From Bacillota bacterium (GTDB lineage: Bacteria > Bacillota > DTU025), in assembly GCA_050951805.1 (NCBI GenBank), contig JBMNJT010000002.1, forward strand, positions 1,248,001 through 1,312,000: DNA of 64,000 bases, read 5' to 3'. Made by a program: the position numbers and the translations under genes. Below are positions 38,394-48,442 of this stretch, piece by piece (the stretch's first letter is position 1; each line of letters starts with the position of its first letter). The notes beneath the pieces are model-generated. The model was given only the letters and a program-made list of their open reading frames with translations. It searched no databases and was not told where the DNA came from.

Positions 38394-38954
38394 CTATATT
38401 ATTATAACATTACATATTTGAGTGCGTCCGGGACCAATAGAGCACTTATCTCCCTTCTGTGGCTTTGTCACGTTTGGAGTAACATCTTCCACCTCTATTT
38501 CTAGTTGTTCCACGTGCGCCCCGCCAGCCGTCGAGTCGATCCGATCTTCATCGGCATTGTTTACCTCCACCTCCAGCAAGTCTCCCCTGTGAATTACTAC
38601 TGCCGCGCTTCCATACTTGAAATCTGCAACGGGTTTTCCGTTTACCAAGACTGTGAGGGTGGGCTCTGCGCATTCCAGACCGTTGTCTAGAGCGGATAGC
38701 TTTAAGAGTATTCCGCCGGCCTCAACGGCAGCACCAGCCCGCACGTCGGGTTTGCCGCTATCGCCGGACTTTCCAGGCGAAGGTGTCCATGACCATGAGG
38801 GATGCCCTTCGATGCGCTCTATCATCAGCACACTCCTTGGAATTACTCCACAAGAAAGCAGGACTTGCACTAAAATGCAGGCTGAAAGGGCAAGGCCTGT
38901 AAGGGCGGAGAATACAATGGTCGCTACATCCCAATTTTGCAAAGGTCTAGCCAC
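38394..38954 (-). CDS. Hypothetical membrane-anchored protein
   Basis: N-terminal TM, beta-rich C-terminus (VLVNGKPVADF); overlaps the upstream gene stop. Confidence 0.65.
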   Translation of the reverse strand: MARPLQNWDVATIVFSALTGLALSACILVQVLLSCGVIPRSVLMIERIEGHPSWSWTPSPGKSGDSGKPDVRAGAAVEAGGILLKLSALDNGLECAEPTLTVLVNGKPVADFKYGSAAVVIHRGDLLEVEVNNADEDRIDSTAGGAHVEQLEIEVEDVTPNVTKPQKGDKCSIGPGRTQICNVIII

Positions 38955-40209
38955 TCCTTCTTGACATTGCGGCGCTCATTCCTGCCAGACGTCCTGTGGA
39001 GAACGCGGCTTGGAGATTGTAGCCTCCGGTAGGGGCGTCAATATCGAGAACCTCCCCACAAAAGTACAGTCCCGGCAATAGTTTCGACTCCAGCGTGCGT
39101 GGGTCCACTTCCCGGAGCGCTATTCCTCCCGAGGTAACTATGGCTTCCTCAATAGGGCGGGTTTTCAGCACGGTTAAAGGCATTCGTTTTAGCGTCTCGA
39201 CCAATGCCGATCTTTGGGCAGTTGTAATCTGGTTTGCAGGGATAGTCTCGTCTACCTGTGCAAGGCTTATTACAACCGGAATAATCGAGTGTGGAAGAAG
39301 CATCCCCAAGGAGTTTTTGAGCTGTTTTTTGGATGCGGCCACGAGATCTCGCTGTATTCGGCGATGGAGGGTGGCCTCATCTAAGGCGGGTTTTAGATCT
39401 ATGGAGAGCGTGAAACGGCCACTCTCGATCGCTTCCGACTCCCTGAGAGATCTGCATACTGCGCGACTCAAGCTGAGGACGATTGGTCCGCTCACACCGA
39501 AGTGGGTAAAGAGCATTTCCCCAAACTCCCTACCTATCCTGCGTCCTCTATCGTAAAGGCTTAGCTCTACGTTGCGCAGACTGAGGCCTGCGACTGATCC
39601 TGGCCAATCTTCTACTGTTTCCATGGGAACGAGTGCAGGCAAAGGCTGCACGATAGTGTGCCCTGCCTCGGCGGCAATGCGGTAGCCATCCCCTGTGCTT
39701 CCGGTGCCCGGATACGAGATTCCGCCTGTTGCGATTATCACGGCGTCTGCCCAAGAATTGTTCCCGCCGGAGTCGATTACCCCCTTGACTTTGCCGTCGG
39801 CGACTGCGAGCCCGGTTATTTGCCTGCCAAAAGCGAAACGAGCCCCTTGATTCGTAGCATGGCGGTACAGCGCGTTTTGCACGTCAGCTGCACTGTCGCT
39901 CATGGGAAAGACCCTCTTGCCCCGTTCCACCTTGCACTCCACGCCAAGGCTTAACAGCAACGCTTGCAGTTCCTCGGGCCCAAAGTCGGACATGGCCGAA
40001 TAGAGGAATCGCCCGCCCGGGCCGAAAGCCTCGACTATGTCCACGACCGGCGAATCGTTTGTAATGTTGCATCTGCCTTTACCCGATATCAAAAGCTTCT
40101 TTCCAGGAATCCTGTTTCGTTCATATACAATGACATCGGCGCCGGCTCCGGCCGCGGCGGCTGCCGCCATGAGACCGGATGCTCCGGCGCCGATAATTGC
40201 TACATCCAA
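38947..40209 (-). CDS. HI0933/BaiN family flavoprotein
   Basis: IIGAGASG, GKKLLISGKGRCN, ATGG.SYP.TGSTGDG, GGYNLQ. Confidence 0.95.
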   Translation of the reverse strand: MDVAIIGAGASGLMAAAAAAGAGADVIVYERNRIPGKKLLISGKGRCNITNDSPVVDIVEAFGPGGRFLYSAMSDFGPEELQALLLSLGVECKVERGKRVFPMSDSAADVQNALYRHATNQGARFAFGRQITGLAVADGKVKGVIDSGGNNSWADAVIIATGGISYPGTGSTGDGYRIAAEAGHTIVQPLPALVPMETVEDWPGSVAGLSLRNVELSLYDRGRRIGREFGEMLFTHFGVSGPIVLSLSRAVCRSLRESEAIESGRFTLSIDLKPALDEATLHRRIQRDLVAASKKQLKNSLGMLLPHSIIPVVISLAQVDETIPANQITTAQRSALVETLKRMPLTVLKTRPIEEAIVTSGGIALREVDPRTLESKLLPGLYFCGEVLDIDAPTGGYNLQAAFSTGRLAGMSAAMSRRSG

Positions 40210-40231
40210 CTTGCTTCCTCCACTTCTGCCG

Positions 40232-41536
40232 TTAATCCGATTTCATTTTATCTTTCCCCAATGGGGGCAATTCCCGCCATGAACCGGGGACGGATCTAGG
40301 CGGCCCATCCACCTCGCCAAGGTTGATGCTTTTCAGCTTGTCAGCGTAAACGCCTGTGGGAAAGGCTAACCTTCCAGATCCGTTATACGTAATTGAGCTT
40401 CCCACGATCGCTCCGCTGAATTCCCCTTCTCCGTTAAACACGACATCCGCTCTAGGCGCATATATCACAGCCGCCATGTTCGGGAACCCATTCATAGTAA
40501 CGTTAGGGGGAAAGCTACGCGGGTTCTTTGGCCCAGTGCAGTAGATAACGAACTTTGTAGGATCTAAAGGAGGTGCACCTCCCCTGCTGCCGTTCCAGGT
40601 GAAATTGCCGTCCACATATAGCTTTAGCGCATGGTCCCCGATGATCTTCAGATTGACGGATCCGTTAATAATGAAATCCTCTTTTGTGTGGATTATGACG
40701 TCAGATTGGGACGCATCCACTGTCATCTCACAACTTCCATTGACTATGAACTCGTCGTACTCTCCGCTCTTGGTTATCACAATCGGTTGCCAACCATTGG
40801 CTCGAAACCTGCCACGGTATTCCAACCCTGCAGGGCAGACGGGCACGGGATACCTGTAGGTATTCGGATCAACCTCCACTGAGCGAAAATATGTCCCCAC
40901 CTTACTCCGTATTCCCTTGATGTCGGCATCGGGCCTCACGTAAAGAGTCCCGTTGGCCGGCGTAGACAGGTTCGCCACCACGGACCAGGCATCCTTTCCC
41001 TCTGTGTGCAGGTCGCCATCGAGACTGCCAGAGCCGTTTAGGATTATGCTGAATAGCTGTGTGGAAGTGGCAGACATCAAGAATGGAAGCCCAGTGGTGG
41101 ATGATGAAAATGCTTGCTGAATCACCCTGGTCCTTCCACCGCACCTGCCTTCTGAGACTACGGTAAAACGGCCATCTACAGGCGGAGAAACCCATACCCT
41201 ATACGACACGTTGTCACCGAGCAGAAGTTCTTTCGGAATTGGACCGGTTCCGGGCCCAATCCAGTTTGCTGCTGTGCTGTCGATGCTCGGAACAGATGAA
41301 GGGTATGCTGAGGTTGGCATCGGATCGTTGGAGACGAGCCTTACACTCGCCACCGCGATCCCCGACTCAGCCGCGGCCAACGCCTGCTGTCGTTCCTCTT
41401 CGAACTTGCCTGTCTTGAAAGACATAGCAGCAAGCTGAAGCAGACTGACAACGGCTATGGTGAAAACGACCACAACCACGAGCGTATATACCAGGCTACT
41501 TCCTTTTTCGTCGGTTGACGCGCTTAAGGCCATCAT
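40232..41536 (-). CDS. PilX-like minor pilin with repetitive beta-solenoid C-terminus
   Basis: EKG^SSLVYTL hydrophobic N-terminus, QALAAAESGI, repeated xxxNG(S) motifs, IYAP.ADV. Confidence 0.75.
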   Translation of the reverse strand: MMALSASTDEKGSSLVYTLVVVVVFTIAVVSLLQLAAMSFKTGKFEEERQQALAAAESGIAVASVRLVSNDPMPTSAYPSSVPSIDSTAANWIGPGTGPIPKELLLGDNVSYRVWVSPPVDGRFTVVSEGRCGGRTRVIQQAFSSSTTGLPFLMSATSTQLFSIILNGSGSLDGDLHTEGKDAWSVVANLSTPANGTLYVRPDADIKGIRSKVGTYFRSVEVDPNTYRYPVPVCPAGLEYRGRFRANGWQPIVITKSGEYDEFIVNGSCEMTVDASQSDVIIHTKEDFIINGSVNLKIIGDHALKLYVDGNFTWNGSRGGAPPLDPTKFVIYCTGPKNPRSFPPNVTMNGFPNMAAVIYAPRADVVFNGEGEFSGAIVGSSITYNGSGRLAFPTGVYADKLKSINLGEVDGPPRSVPGSWRELPPLGKDKMKSD

Positions 41537-41608
41537 AGCTCACCCCCGCATCCCTGTGCCGGATAGCCTTATCCTGACTGAAGATTCAGGCATTGTCAGC
41601 GACTTTGC

Positions 41609-42172
41609 TCAACGCGAGTGATTCCTTAGTCGCACTGACGTTATGTGCTCTACTTCATGTCCTCCCGGATCTGTGAATCTCAGCCTCAAAGTGCACATGC
41701 CCCTGGCATCAGGGCCCGAAACTTCAATTGAGTTTGCGGATCCCATTTGCTCAGGGGGTTCAGTCCCTCTTGATCTATAGAGCACAGCATCGACTGCCCA
41801 ATAATGTTCCTGATACGATGCGTCCGAACCGTGGAAATGAAAGGTATAGCGCGTATAGCCGAGTCTATTATCGGAAGTGACGTCTGCAGCCTCTCGCAAG
41901 CCCCTGTACCGAGTGCTCGTGCCATCTATGATCTGATCTGACATCAAAGACAGCTCCTGCGAATAGCGTACATCCCTATCGACAAGTGTCTTCGTTGAAG
42001 CGCCAATCCGAATGAAGGACAAAGCTCCGACGAGCACAAATCCCATGATGCTAACCGCTATCATGAGCTCGATAAGTGTGATCCCAGCCTCTGCCCGTAG
42101 CCTAAAGCCTCGCCTATTGGCCGATGTCGGGCATCCTGATAAGCATTTCGTTGGACGCGATGCAATTCCCAT
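41609..42172 (-). CDS. Type IV prepilin-like protein (PilW-like)
   Basis: Class III signal EAG^ITLIELMIAV. Confidence 0.8.
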   Translation of the reverse strand: MGIASRPTKCLSGCPTSANRRGFRLRAEAGITLIELMIAVSIMGFVLVGALSFIRIGASTKTLVDRDVRYSQELSLMSDQIIDGTSTRYRGLREAADVTSDNRLGYTRYTFHFHGSDASYQEHYWAVDAVLYRSRGTEPPEQMGSANSIEVSGPDARGMCTLRLRFTDPGGHEVEHITSVRLRNHSR

Positions 42173-42506
42173 CCCGTATCACCCTCACCTCGAGGCGATA
42201 AACCCCATGAGCTGTGCCATGTACCGAGTATCTGGCTTCATACGACGGATCAAAGTCGAATGCCTCCAAAGGATAACTTTGCTCCCTTTTGTCCGCCACA
42301 TCTTTTAAGGTTGCCGGAGTCGTTGACAGGTCCTCGGTAACGGACTTGAGTATGGCTACTCCTTCAGCCTTTAATTTCCCTTTCCGGCTAAGACTGAGCG
42401 AGCCTTGCACCCCTGCAAATACCATGAGGGCGACAAGGGATAGAAGGACTATTGCTGTCATAGTCTCGACAAGAGTGAATCCGCTACGGGAAGAAAAACG
42501 CTCCAT
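42114..42506 (-). CDS. Type IV prepilin-like protein (PilV-like)
   Basis: Class III signal RSG^FTLVETM; ATG 42506 after SD GGAGGAGG. Confidence 0.8.
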   Translation of the reverse strand: MERFSSRSGFTLVETMTAIVLLSLVALMVFAGVQGSLSLSRKGKLKAEGVAILKSVTEDLSTTPATLKDVADKREQSYPLEAFDFDPSYEARYSVHGTAHGVYRLEVRVIRDGNCIASNEMLIRMPDIGQ

Positions 42507-42625
42507 GGTCAGTATCCTCCTCCATAAGGAGCAACAGACCGCGCTCAACTAAATGCAATATTGAACATTAAGCGACCAAATCCTTCTCATTGCAATACTG
42601 AATAATGCAGAAAAGCCTGTGAGTA

Positions 42626-43078
42626 TCAGTATCTTTCGCTCCGTCTCACCATAAGCTGCGCCATTGTCCTAAGCCTTTGGTTGGCCCTGGCGAGGAGACG
42701 GCCGATTTCCTGAGGCGACAGAGTCAATTCAGGAGGATCGAGAATTTCGATGGTTCTAAACTCGTCTCTTAGTATGAAATCGGCGAGATCTTCGATGGAG
42801 TCAGCTTGAACGACAACGTACACAGGAGAATAGGCTACTTCTTGATCGGTTGCGGGGTCAATGAGAACATACGTTTCGTGGCCTGAATCCACATCCTCTA
42901 CCCTGATTCCCTGCTCCACCTCGTATTTGAGGTTCGCGGTGGCGCGGTCGCGCAAAGCAGCAGATGCTTCCGCAGCGCCCTTATGCCCGATAAACAGTCG
43001 TCCCGGCACGGCAACTCCCCTGTAATCAAACCTTACTCTGGCCCTTACCGGTTGCATCTGGGCGAAATCCTCCTCCAT
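42626..43078 (-). CDS. Conserved-looking hypothetical protein
   Basis: 150-aa ORF overlapping the rluB end; VRFDYRG...AYSPV...EFRTIEILDP. Confidence 0.7.
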   Translation of the reverse strand: MEEDFAQMQPVRARVRFDYRGVAVPGRLFIGHKGAAEASAALRDRATANLKYEVEQGIRVEDVDSGHETYVLIDPATDQEVAYSPVYVVVQADSIEDLADFILRDEFRTIEILDPPELTLSPQEIGRLLARANQRLRTMAQLMVRRSERY

Positions 43079-43808
43079 CTAATTCCGCTTGTTCACGACC
43101 GCCCGCAAGCTCTCTCAAACCTCTGATCTCTTCGGAAGTCAGCTCTCTGCTTGCCCCAAGAGCAAGCGATCCGAGGGATACGCACCCGATAGCAATGCGG
43201 ACAAGCTGAACCACCTCATTGCCGATTGCGGCAAACATCCGCCTGATCTGCCTTTTACGACCCTCGCGCAACTCGATCTCGACAAGCCTGCCGGAGCTGT
43301 CAATCATGCTTGCCCGAGCTGGCGCACTCCATCCATCTTCCAATTCAATGCCGCTTGCTACAGCGTCTAGCTGAGCTTGTAAGATCGGCTCCGCAAGCCT
43401 TACTCGGTAAGTTTTGGTAACTCCCCGGCTCGGATGGGTGATTCCGTATGCAAGCTCACCATCGTCGGTTAGCAGAAGCAACCCCTCTGATTCCATATCC
43501 AGCCTTCCCACTGGATAGACCCTGCGGTCGAGGCCGGGCACGAGGTCAAGAACGGTAGGGCGCCCATGGGTATCTCGGACCGTCGTCACAAATCCTGCGG
43601 GCTTGTTAACTGCTATGTACAGATGTTCTGACGGGGGCCTCACTATCACCCCGTCCACTGCCACCACGTCGCGATCAGGATCTACCTTAACTCCTGGTTG
43701 TTTCAGTGTTACTCCGTTGACGCTGACCCGGCCCTCGGCTATGAGCTCCTCGCACTTGCGGCGCGACGCTACTCCAGCCCTTGCCAGAAACTTATGGACC
43801 CTTTCCAT
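43026..43808 (-). CDS. rluB: 23S rRNA pseudouridine synthase (RluB/RsuA family)
   Basis: S4 domain LARAGVASRR, YPVGRLD, EGRKRQIRRM. Confidence 0.92.
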   Translation of the reverse strand: MERVHKFLARAGVASRRKCEELIAEGRVSVNGVTLKQPGVKVDPDRDVVAVDGVIVRPPSEHLYIAVNKPAGFVTTVRDTHGRPTVLDLVPGLDRRVYPVGRLDMESEGLLLLTDDGELAYGITHPSRGVTKTYRVRLAEPILQAQLDAVASGIELEDGWSAPARASMIDSSGRLVEIELREGRKRQIRRMFAAIGNEVVQLVRIAIGCVSLGSLALGASRELTSEEIRGLRELAGGREQAELDGGGFRPDATGKGQSKV

Positions 43809-43876
43809 TGTTTGCTCCCCTTATGGTTTCCCCGCAGAACTGCCTCCATCCAGATGTGGCAGCTAGATGACTGTCT

Positions 43877-44527
43877 CTAAAGCCTTTTGAAACGCTGAAG
43901 GTTATCATTTTGGCCGATCACCACCACAACATCGCCTTCGTGGATGACGTCGTCCCCTCCAGGGGCCACTATCATCCGCCCGGCTGAACGAATCGCCATG
44001 ATGTACACGCCAAAACGGGCCCTGATGTTCAAGGCAGCCAACGTACGGCCTGCGATATGGCTTGGCGCCACCATCTCAACCATGCTGTAATTGGGGTCCA
44101 AATCTATCTGCTCAATGATATTCGTTGAAGTAAGCATTCGGGCAAGGCGTGCGCCGGTATCCCGCTCTGGATAGATCACCCGGTCAGCCCCCACTTTTTC
44201 GAGGACTTTCCCGTGGAGGTCGTCGTTGGCTTTTGCGACGATCGACTTTACGCCCAGCTCCTTCATGACCATCGTTCCTACGATGCTCGCTTTCAGTTCA
44301 GTCCCGACTGCCACTACCGCCACATCTACGTTCCTGATCCCGACAGCCCTCATAGCATCGATGTCCGTTACGTTTGCCACTACAGCTGTAGTGACTTGAG
44401 GCGCCAATTTCTGAACCTTCTCCTCGTCCACATCGATTGCCAAAACTTCCTGTCCAAGGTCGGACAGGGTTCGCGCCACCGCCGTGCCAAATCTGCCCAA
44501 TCCGATGACCGCGATCTGTTGTATCAT
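43877..44527 (-). CDS. ktrA: KtrA/TrkA K+ uptake regulatory subunit
   Basis: AVIGLGRFG RCK_N, PERD.G, RCK_C. Confidence 0.9.
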   Translation of the reverse strand: MIQQIAVIGLGRFGTAVARTLSDLGQEVLAIDVDEEKVQKLAPQVTTAVVANVTDIDAMRAVGIRNVDVAVVAVGTELKASIVGTMVMKELGVKSIVAKANDDLHGKVLEKVGADRVIYPERDTGARLARMLTSTNIIEQIDLDPNYSMVEMVAPSHIAGRTLAALNIRARFGVYIMAIRSAGRMIVAPGGDDVIHEGDVVVVIGQNDNLQRFKRL

Positions 44528-44767
44528 CAGTGATCATCCCCACTCGCACAATCTCCCAGTTGCATGCGGATACATGGAAGCGTGTATTCAGTCGGGATTA
44601 TACCACAGCCCCAATGTGTCTGCTACAGCAGGCAAAAACCAGGCTCACGCCGAGAGGGCATCAACCTTATCTCACGCCCTGTGGATATTGGGCGTCGATA
44701 AAAGGCCGTCGACTGCCTGCTGCCACATTTCCAACTGAGAGTCCGCGCTGGGATGCCGACGCAATCT

Positions 44768-45223
44768 TCATGCTATGGGGCGCTTTACTTCTGGTTGGGC
44801 CTGGGTCCTCACTGTAATCGTTTTGGGCTGCGGCGCTGCAAGCCGAGCAATCAGATCGGGGACAACATCGATGAGGCGATCGAATATGGCGTCCGTAGTC
44901 ACCGGAAGGAACCTTACCTGATTGTTCCCCACGACCAAAAACCCGACCGGACTGAGCGAGACGCCCGCTCCTGCCCCACCGCCAAAAGGCAGTTCAGCGG
45001 TGCCGCCACCCGAGCCGGTCGGCGGCTGTCCCCCGTCCCGGCGACGACTAGCGTCCCATTGAGTGCCGCCGGACGCGAATCCAAATGTCACTCTTGAGAC
45101 TGGCATGATTACGTTGCCATCCTTAGTTTCCACTGGGTCGCCAAGGATCGTATTCACATCGATCATCTGCCTAATGCTTTCGAGGGTCGTTTTCATCAGG
45201 CCTTCTATAGGATGCTCAGGCAA
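44768..45223 (-). CDS. gerW: Sporulation/germination protein GerW (YtfJ)
   Basis: EHPIEGLMKTT...MIDVNTI.G, PFGGG.GAGVS. Confidence 0.92.
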   Translation of the reverse strand: MPEHPIEGLMKTTLESIRQMIDVNTILGDPVETKDGNVIMPVSRVTFGFASGGTQWDASRRRDGGQPPTGSGGGTAELPFGGGAGAGVSLSPVGFLVVGNNQVRFLPVTTDAIFDRLIDVVPDLIARLAAPQPKTITVRTQAQPEVKRPIA

Positions 45224-45294
45224 GATGCATTCCTCCTGTTGCTTTTTTGCTTCCAACAGCATTCTCTGCTTATTATTGATCGCTGCCTCTGCCT

Positions 45295-45903
45295 TCATTC
45301 CCTTCTCTTGCGGCCAGCTTTTACAAACCCCATAACAGCAGAGGAGAACGACGGAGCGAGGATTACCGATGCAATACTTGTTTCCAGGGAGATGTCAAGA
45401 TCTGTGAGAAAGCACTGGCGGTCGAAGAGAGGCGTGACTGAGTATTCTGGGAGGTCGGACCTTTTGCCCCACCTCGCGTATGCGCTCGATAAAAGCGTTG
45501 ACTTTGCGGCCCACAAGCTTCCGCACGCTATGGCTGTGAGCGCCGCATCGCCCGTACCGACCAGGGAATGCCACACGACACTGATAAGCTTGTGGTGCCC
45601 AGACAGCGCCGCGCTGAGGACTGGAACAAGAGCTTGAAACCTATCTATGGTCTCTTTTACGGAAGCCAAGCGCTGAGTGGGGGTCTTGTGAGGTTGGCTG
45701 GTTCCGGGAATGATGTCGTGGCTGTAGACCTGGAAAGAGAATAGATGGGGCCATAATGAAACGCGCGCCGCAACCGAGGCGCACATTTCACCTGAATGGG
45801 CTGACAACCTCAGCCTTATGGGCCAAAAAATCAGGGCCACAAGCGCCGCGACAACGATTGCCAGAACCGAAAGGAGCGCTACAACCCATCTCACCCGCAC
45901 CAC
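45295..45903 (-). CDS. DUF2953 (YtfI-like) protein
   Basis: GTGDAALTAI..G.LWA motif, upstream of gerW. Confidence 0.8.
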   Translation of the reverse strand: MVRVRWVVALLSVLAIVVAALVALIFWPIRLRLSAHSGEMCASVAARVSLWPHLFSFQVYSHDIIPGTSQPHKTPTQRLASVKETIDRFQALVPVLSAALSGHHKLISVVWHSLVGTGDAALTAIACGSLWAAKSTLLSSAYARWGKRSDLPEYSVTPLFDRQCFLTDLDISLETSIASVILAPSFSSAVMGFVKAGRKRRE

Positions 45904-45912
45904 TCCCGCTCG

Positions 45913-45941
45913 TATTCTGCCGCGCAGCAGGAGCAGTATTC
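45913..45941 (-). promoter_or_regulatory. sigmaF-type promoter of ytfI-gerW
   Basis: GAATA-15 nt-GGCAGAATA; the operon is forespore-expressed in B. subtilis. Confidence 0.55.
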
Positions 45942-45998
45942 ACCATCGCGTGAAATCAGGCCCGGAACGCCCAGATTCTTCGGTCGACCCTGACTCGG

Positions 45999-46712
45999 TC
46001 AGTCGTCTTCTTCATCACAGTTGGCATCTGTCGCGCTCATACCGTCGAACATTGACTCAAGATCGATCCCATCTGGCATATCCCAATGCGCATTGCCTCC
46101 AGCCTCATCGCCGTCCTTCCCCAAGCCAGGAAGAGGTGACATCAACGCATCCTGCTCATCGGCACCTTGAGGCGCGTCTGCAGGAAGCCCTTCGCCATCG
46201 GGAAGCACCGGAAGATCATCGAGCGAGCTGAGCCCCAAGTAAAGCAGGAAATCCGGCGTAGTTCCGTAAAGGATCGGCCGCCCTATACTCTCCTTGCGTC
46301 CCTTTTCACAGATAAGCCCTCGCTCGAGCAACGTGGATATGGCTGAATCGGGAGATACCCCTCTGATTCTCTCTATTTCTCCCCTGGTGACAGGCTGCCG
46401 ATACGCAACTATGGCCAGTGTCTCAAGGGAAGCCGGAGAAAGCGACGGAGGACGTTGTCTTTCGGAAAGCCGTTCTATGTAGGGAGCGTACTCGGGACGC
46501 GACAACATGATGAACCCGCCGCCAGTTTCCACCAAGGCTACACCCGATTCTGGGCTGGAATGCCTATCCCCGATCAACCGGAGGAGTTTTCTGGTCGAAG
46601 ACTCATCAACCCCTATGGCAGATGCGATCTCTTCGGCCCGGAGGGGAAACGAGGCCGCGAACAGTATTGCTTCAATTGCCGCTTGCGCTTCTTGGAGATT
46701 CGTCGGACACAC
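45999..46712 (-). CDS. scpB: SMC-Scp complex subunit ScpB
   Basis: IEAILFA, ETLAIVAYRQPVTR, GRPILYGTT. Confidence 0.95.
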   Translation of the reverse strand: MCPTNLQEAQAAIEAILFAASFPLRAEEIASAIGVDESSTRKLLRLIGDRHSSPESGVALVETGGGFIMLSRPEYAPYIERLSERQRPPSLSPASLETLAIVAYRQPVTRGEIERIRGVSPDSAISTLLERGLICEKGRKESIGRPILYGTTPDFLLYLGLSSLDDLPVLPDGEGLPADAPQGADEQDALMSPLPGLGKDGDEAGGNAHWDMPDGIDLESMFDGMSATDANCDEEDD

Positions 46713-47448
46713 CTCCGGATGACGCCTTTTCCTTCTGCGGGAACATCCATATCTCGCCGAAAGGCATTGGCTGAGTGGCAGAGATCCTTCCCCGCCTAAC
46801 CAGCTCCAGCATGGCCAGGAGCGTTGCTACGATGACAGGGCGGGACGCATCCTCCCCGAGGAACTCATGAAAGCCCAAGCGTCCGCGACGCGCCAGACGC
46901 GTCAGGACAGACGCCATCTGAGGCACAATGTCAATCTCATCCTCCGGCAGATGGGTGAATTCCTCGGGAACACTCGTTGCAGCTTTGACATACAAGTCGA
47001 AAAGATCCTTAGCTGATATGCCATCCAGCGGGTTCACTTTCACCATAGCCGGCTTTGGAAGCGGACGCGGCGGGCGCGTGTACATCCTCGAAGCCGTGGC
47101 TTCAAGGCTCCGCATGACACGCGCCGCATCGCGATAGCGCCTATATTCGATGAGGCGTGCCACCAGGTCTGCGCCGGGGTCAGGCAACTCATCCTCTTCC
47201 ACGCCGAATTCTTCCGCGAGTTCCTGCTCGGGAAGCAAAGCTTTGACCTTCATGTAGAGCAACGTGGCTGCAATCACCAAAAATTCTGCAGCCTGGTCTA
47301 TGTCGAGCCACTCCATCGATGATACATGTTCCAAGTAGTCATCGGTAATCTCGCTGATAGATACCTCGCAAATGTCTATCTCCTTCTTTTCGATGAGAGA
47401 GAGCATCAGATCGAGGGGGCCCGAGAAGACGGGGGTCTCTACCTTCAT
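46672..47448 (-). CDS. scpA: SMC-Scp complex subunit ScpA
   Basis: FSGPLDL.L.LI, EFLVIAATL, LA.LEL. Confidence 0.95.
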   Translation of the reverse strand: MKVETPVFSGPLDLMLSLIEKKEIDICEVSISEITDDYLEHVSSMEWLDIDQAAEFLVIAATLLYMKVKALLPEQELAEEFGVEEDELPDPGADLVARLIEYRRYRDAARVMRSLEATASRMYTRPPRPLPKPAMVKVNPLDGISAKDLFDLYVKAATSVPEEFTHLPEDEIDIVPQMASVLTRLARRGRLGFHEFLGEDASRPVIVATLLAMLELVRRGRISATQPMPFGEIWMFPQKEKASSGGVSDESPRSASGN

Positions 47449-48434
47449 ATCCTCATGGCTTCCCGCACTTCGGTCATGGTCTGAACCGCGATAGGCCGTG
47501 CCTTGGCCGCTCCCTCTTCGAGGACAGACTCGACGAAGCCGGGCTGGGCTTCAAGCTCGTGGCGCCTTTCGTGGATTGGACCTAAGATTTCAAGAAGCAC
47601 ATTGGCTAGTTCCTTTTTGCAGGCGACGCAGCCGATCTTCCCAGCCTCACATTCCTGCCTGCGCCCATCGATGAGTTCGGGGGCGAGACCTTTATAGTAA
47701 GCATAAACGGTGCAGACATCGGGGTGGCCAGGATCCGACTTCCGTATGCGCTGAGGATCGGTGACCATCGCATTCACCTTCTCGCGCACTTTTTCCGGAG
47801 GATCGGACAGGGCTATTGTATTTCCGTAGCTCTTGCTCATCTTCCGTCCGTCGATTCCCGGAAGGATCGGTACCTGGCTCAGCTTAGCCTGAGGCTCCAA
47901 AAACACGGGCGTGTATAGGTAGTTGAACCTCCGAGCTATCTCGCGTGCCAACTCCAAGTGTGGAAGCTGGTCCTCTCCAACCGGCACCGTATCGGCCTTA
48001 TACACCAGTATGTCAGCGGCCATAAGCACCGGATAGCCCAGAAAACCGTAGTTAGTTATGCTTTTCCCCGACAGCTGCTGCAGTTGTTCCTTGTAAGTGG
48101 GGCACCTTTCTAGCCACCCCAATGGCGTGATCATTGAGAGAAGCAGATGAAGCTCTGCGTGCTCTTTGACGTCGGACTGCCTGAAGATTGCGGATCTTTC
48201 AGGATCCAAGCCCGCAGACAGCCAATCAATCAGCATCTGGCGGGTGTAGTTCTTCAGCTCAGATGTATCCTCATATCCCGTGGTCAAAGCGTGCCAGTCG
48301 GCTACCATGAAGAAGCACTCGTAATCGTCCTGGAGCTTGACCCAGTTGGCCAGCGCTCCGGCGAAGTTGCCCAGATGAAGTTTTCCCGTTGGCCTGTTCC
48401 CGCTCAGTATGCGCCCTTTTGCCAAACAAACCAC
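47445..48434 (-). CDS. trpS: Tryptophan--tRNA ligase
   Basis: HLGN (HIGH-like), YPVLMAADI, VPVGEDQ, KMSKS. Confidence 0.96.
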   Translation of the reverse strand: MVCLAKGRILSGNRPTGKLHLGNFAGALANWVKLQDDYECFFMVADWHALTTGYEDTSELKNYTRQMLIDWLSAGLDPERSAIFRQSDVKEHAELHLLLSMITPLGWLERCPTYKEQLQQLSGKSITNYGFLGYPVLMAADILVYKADTVPVGEDQLPHLELAREIARRFNYLYTPVFLEPQAKLSQVPILPGIDGRKMSKSYGNTIALSDPPEKVREKVNAMVTDPQRIRKSDPGHPDVCTVYAYYKGLAPELIDGRRQECEAGKIGCVACKKELANVLLEILGPIHERRHELEAQPGFVESVLEEGAAKARPIAVQTMTEVREAMRI

Positions 48435-48442
48435 CTTCTACA

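Noticed and set aside
44627-44725. tRNA (plus-strand stem ending in GCCA) or c-di-AMP riboswitch for ktrA
   Set aside because: No T-loop or D-loop consensus, no ydaO motifs, and it lies upstream of the likely ktrA promoter.
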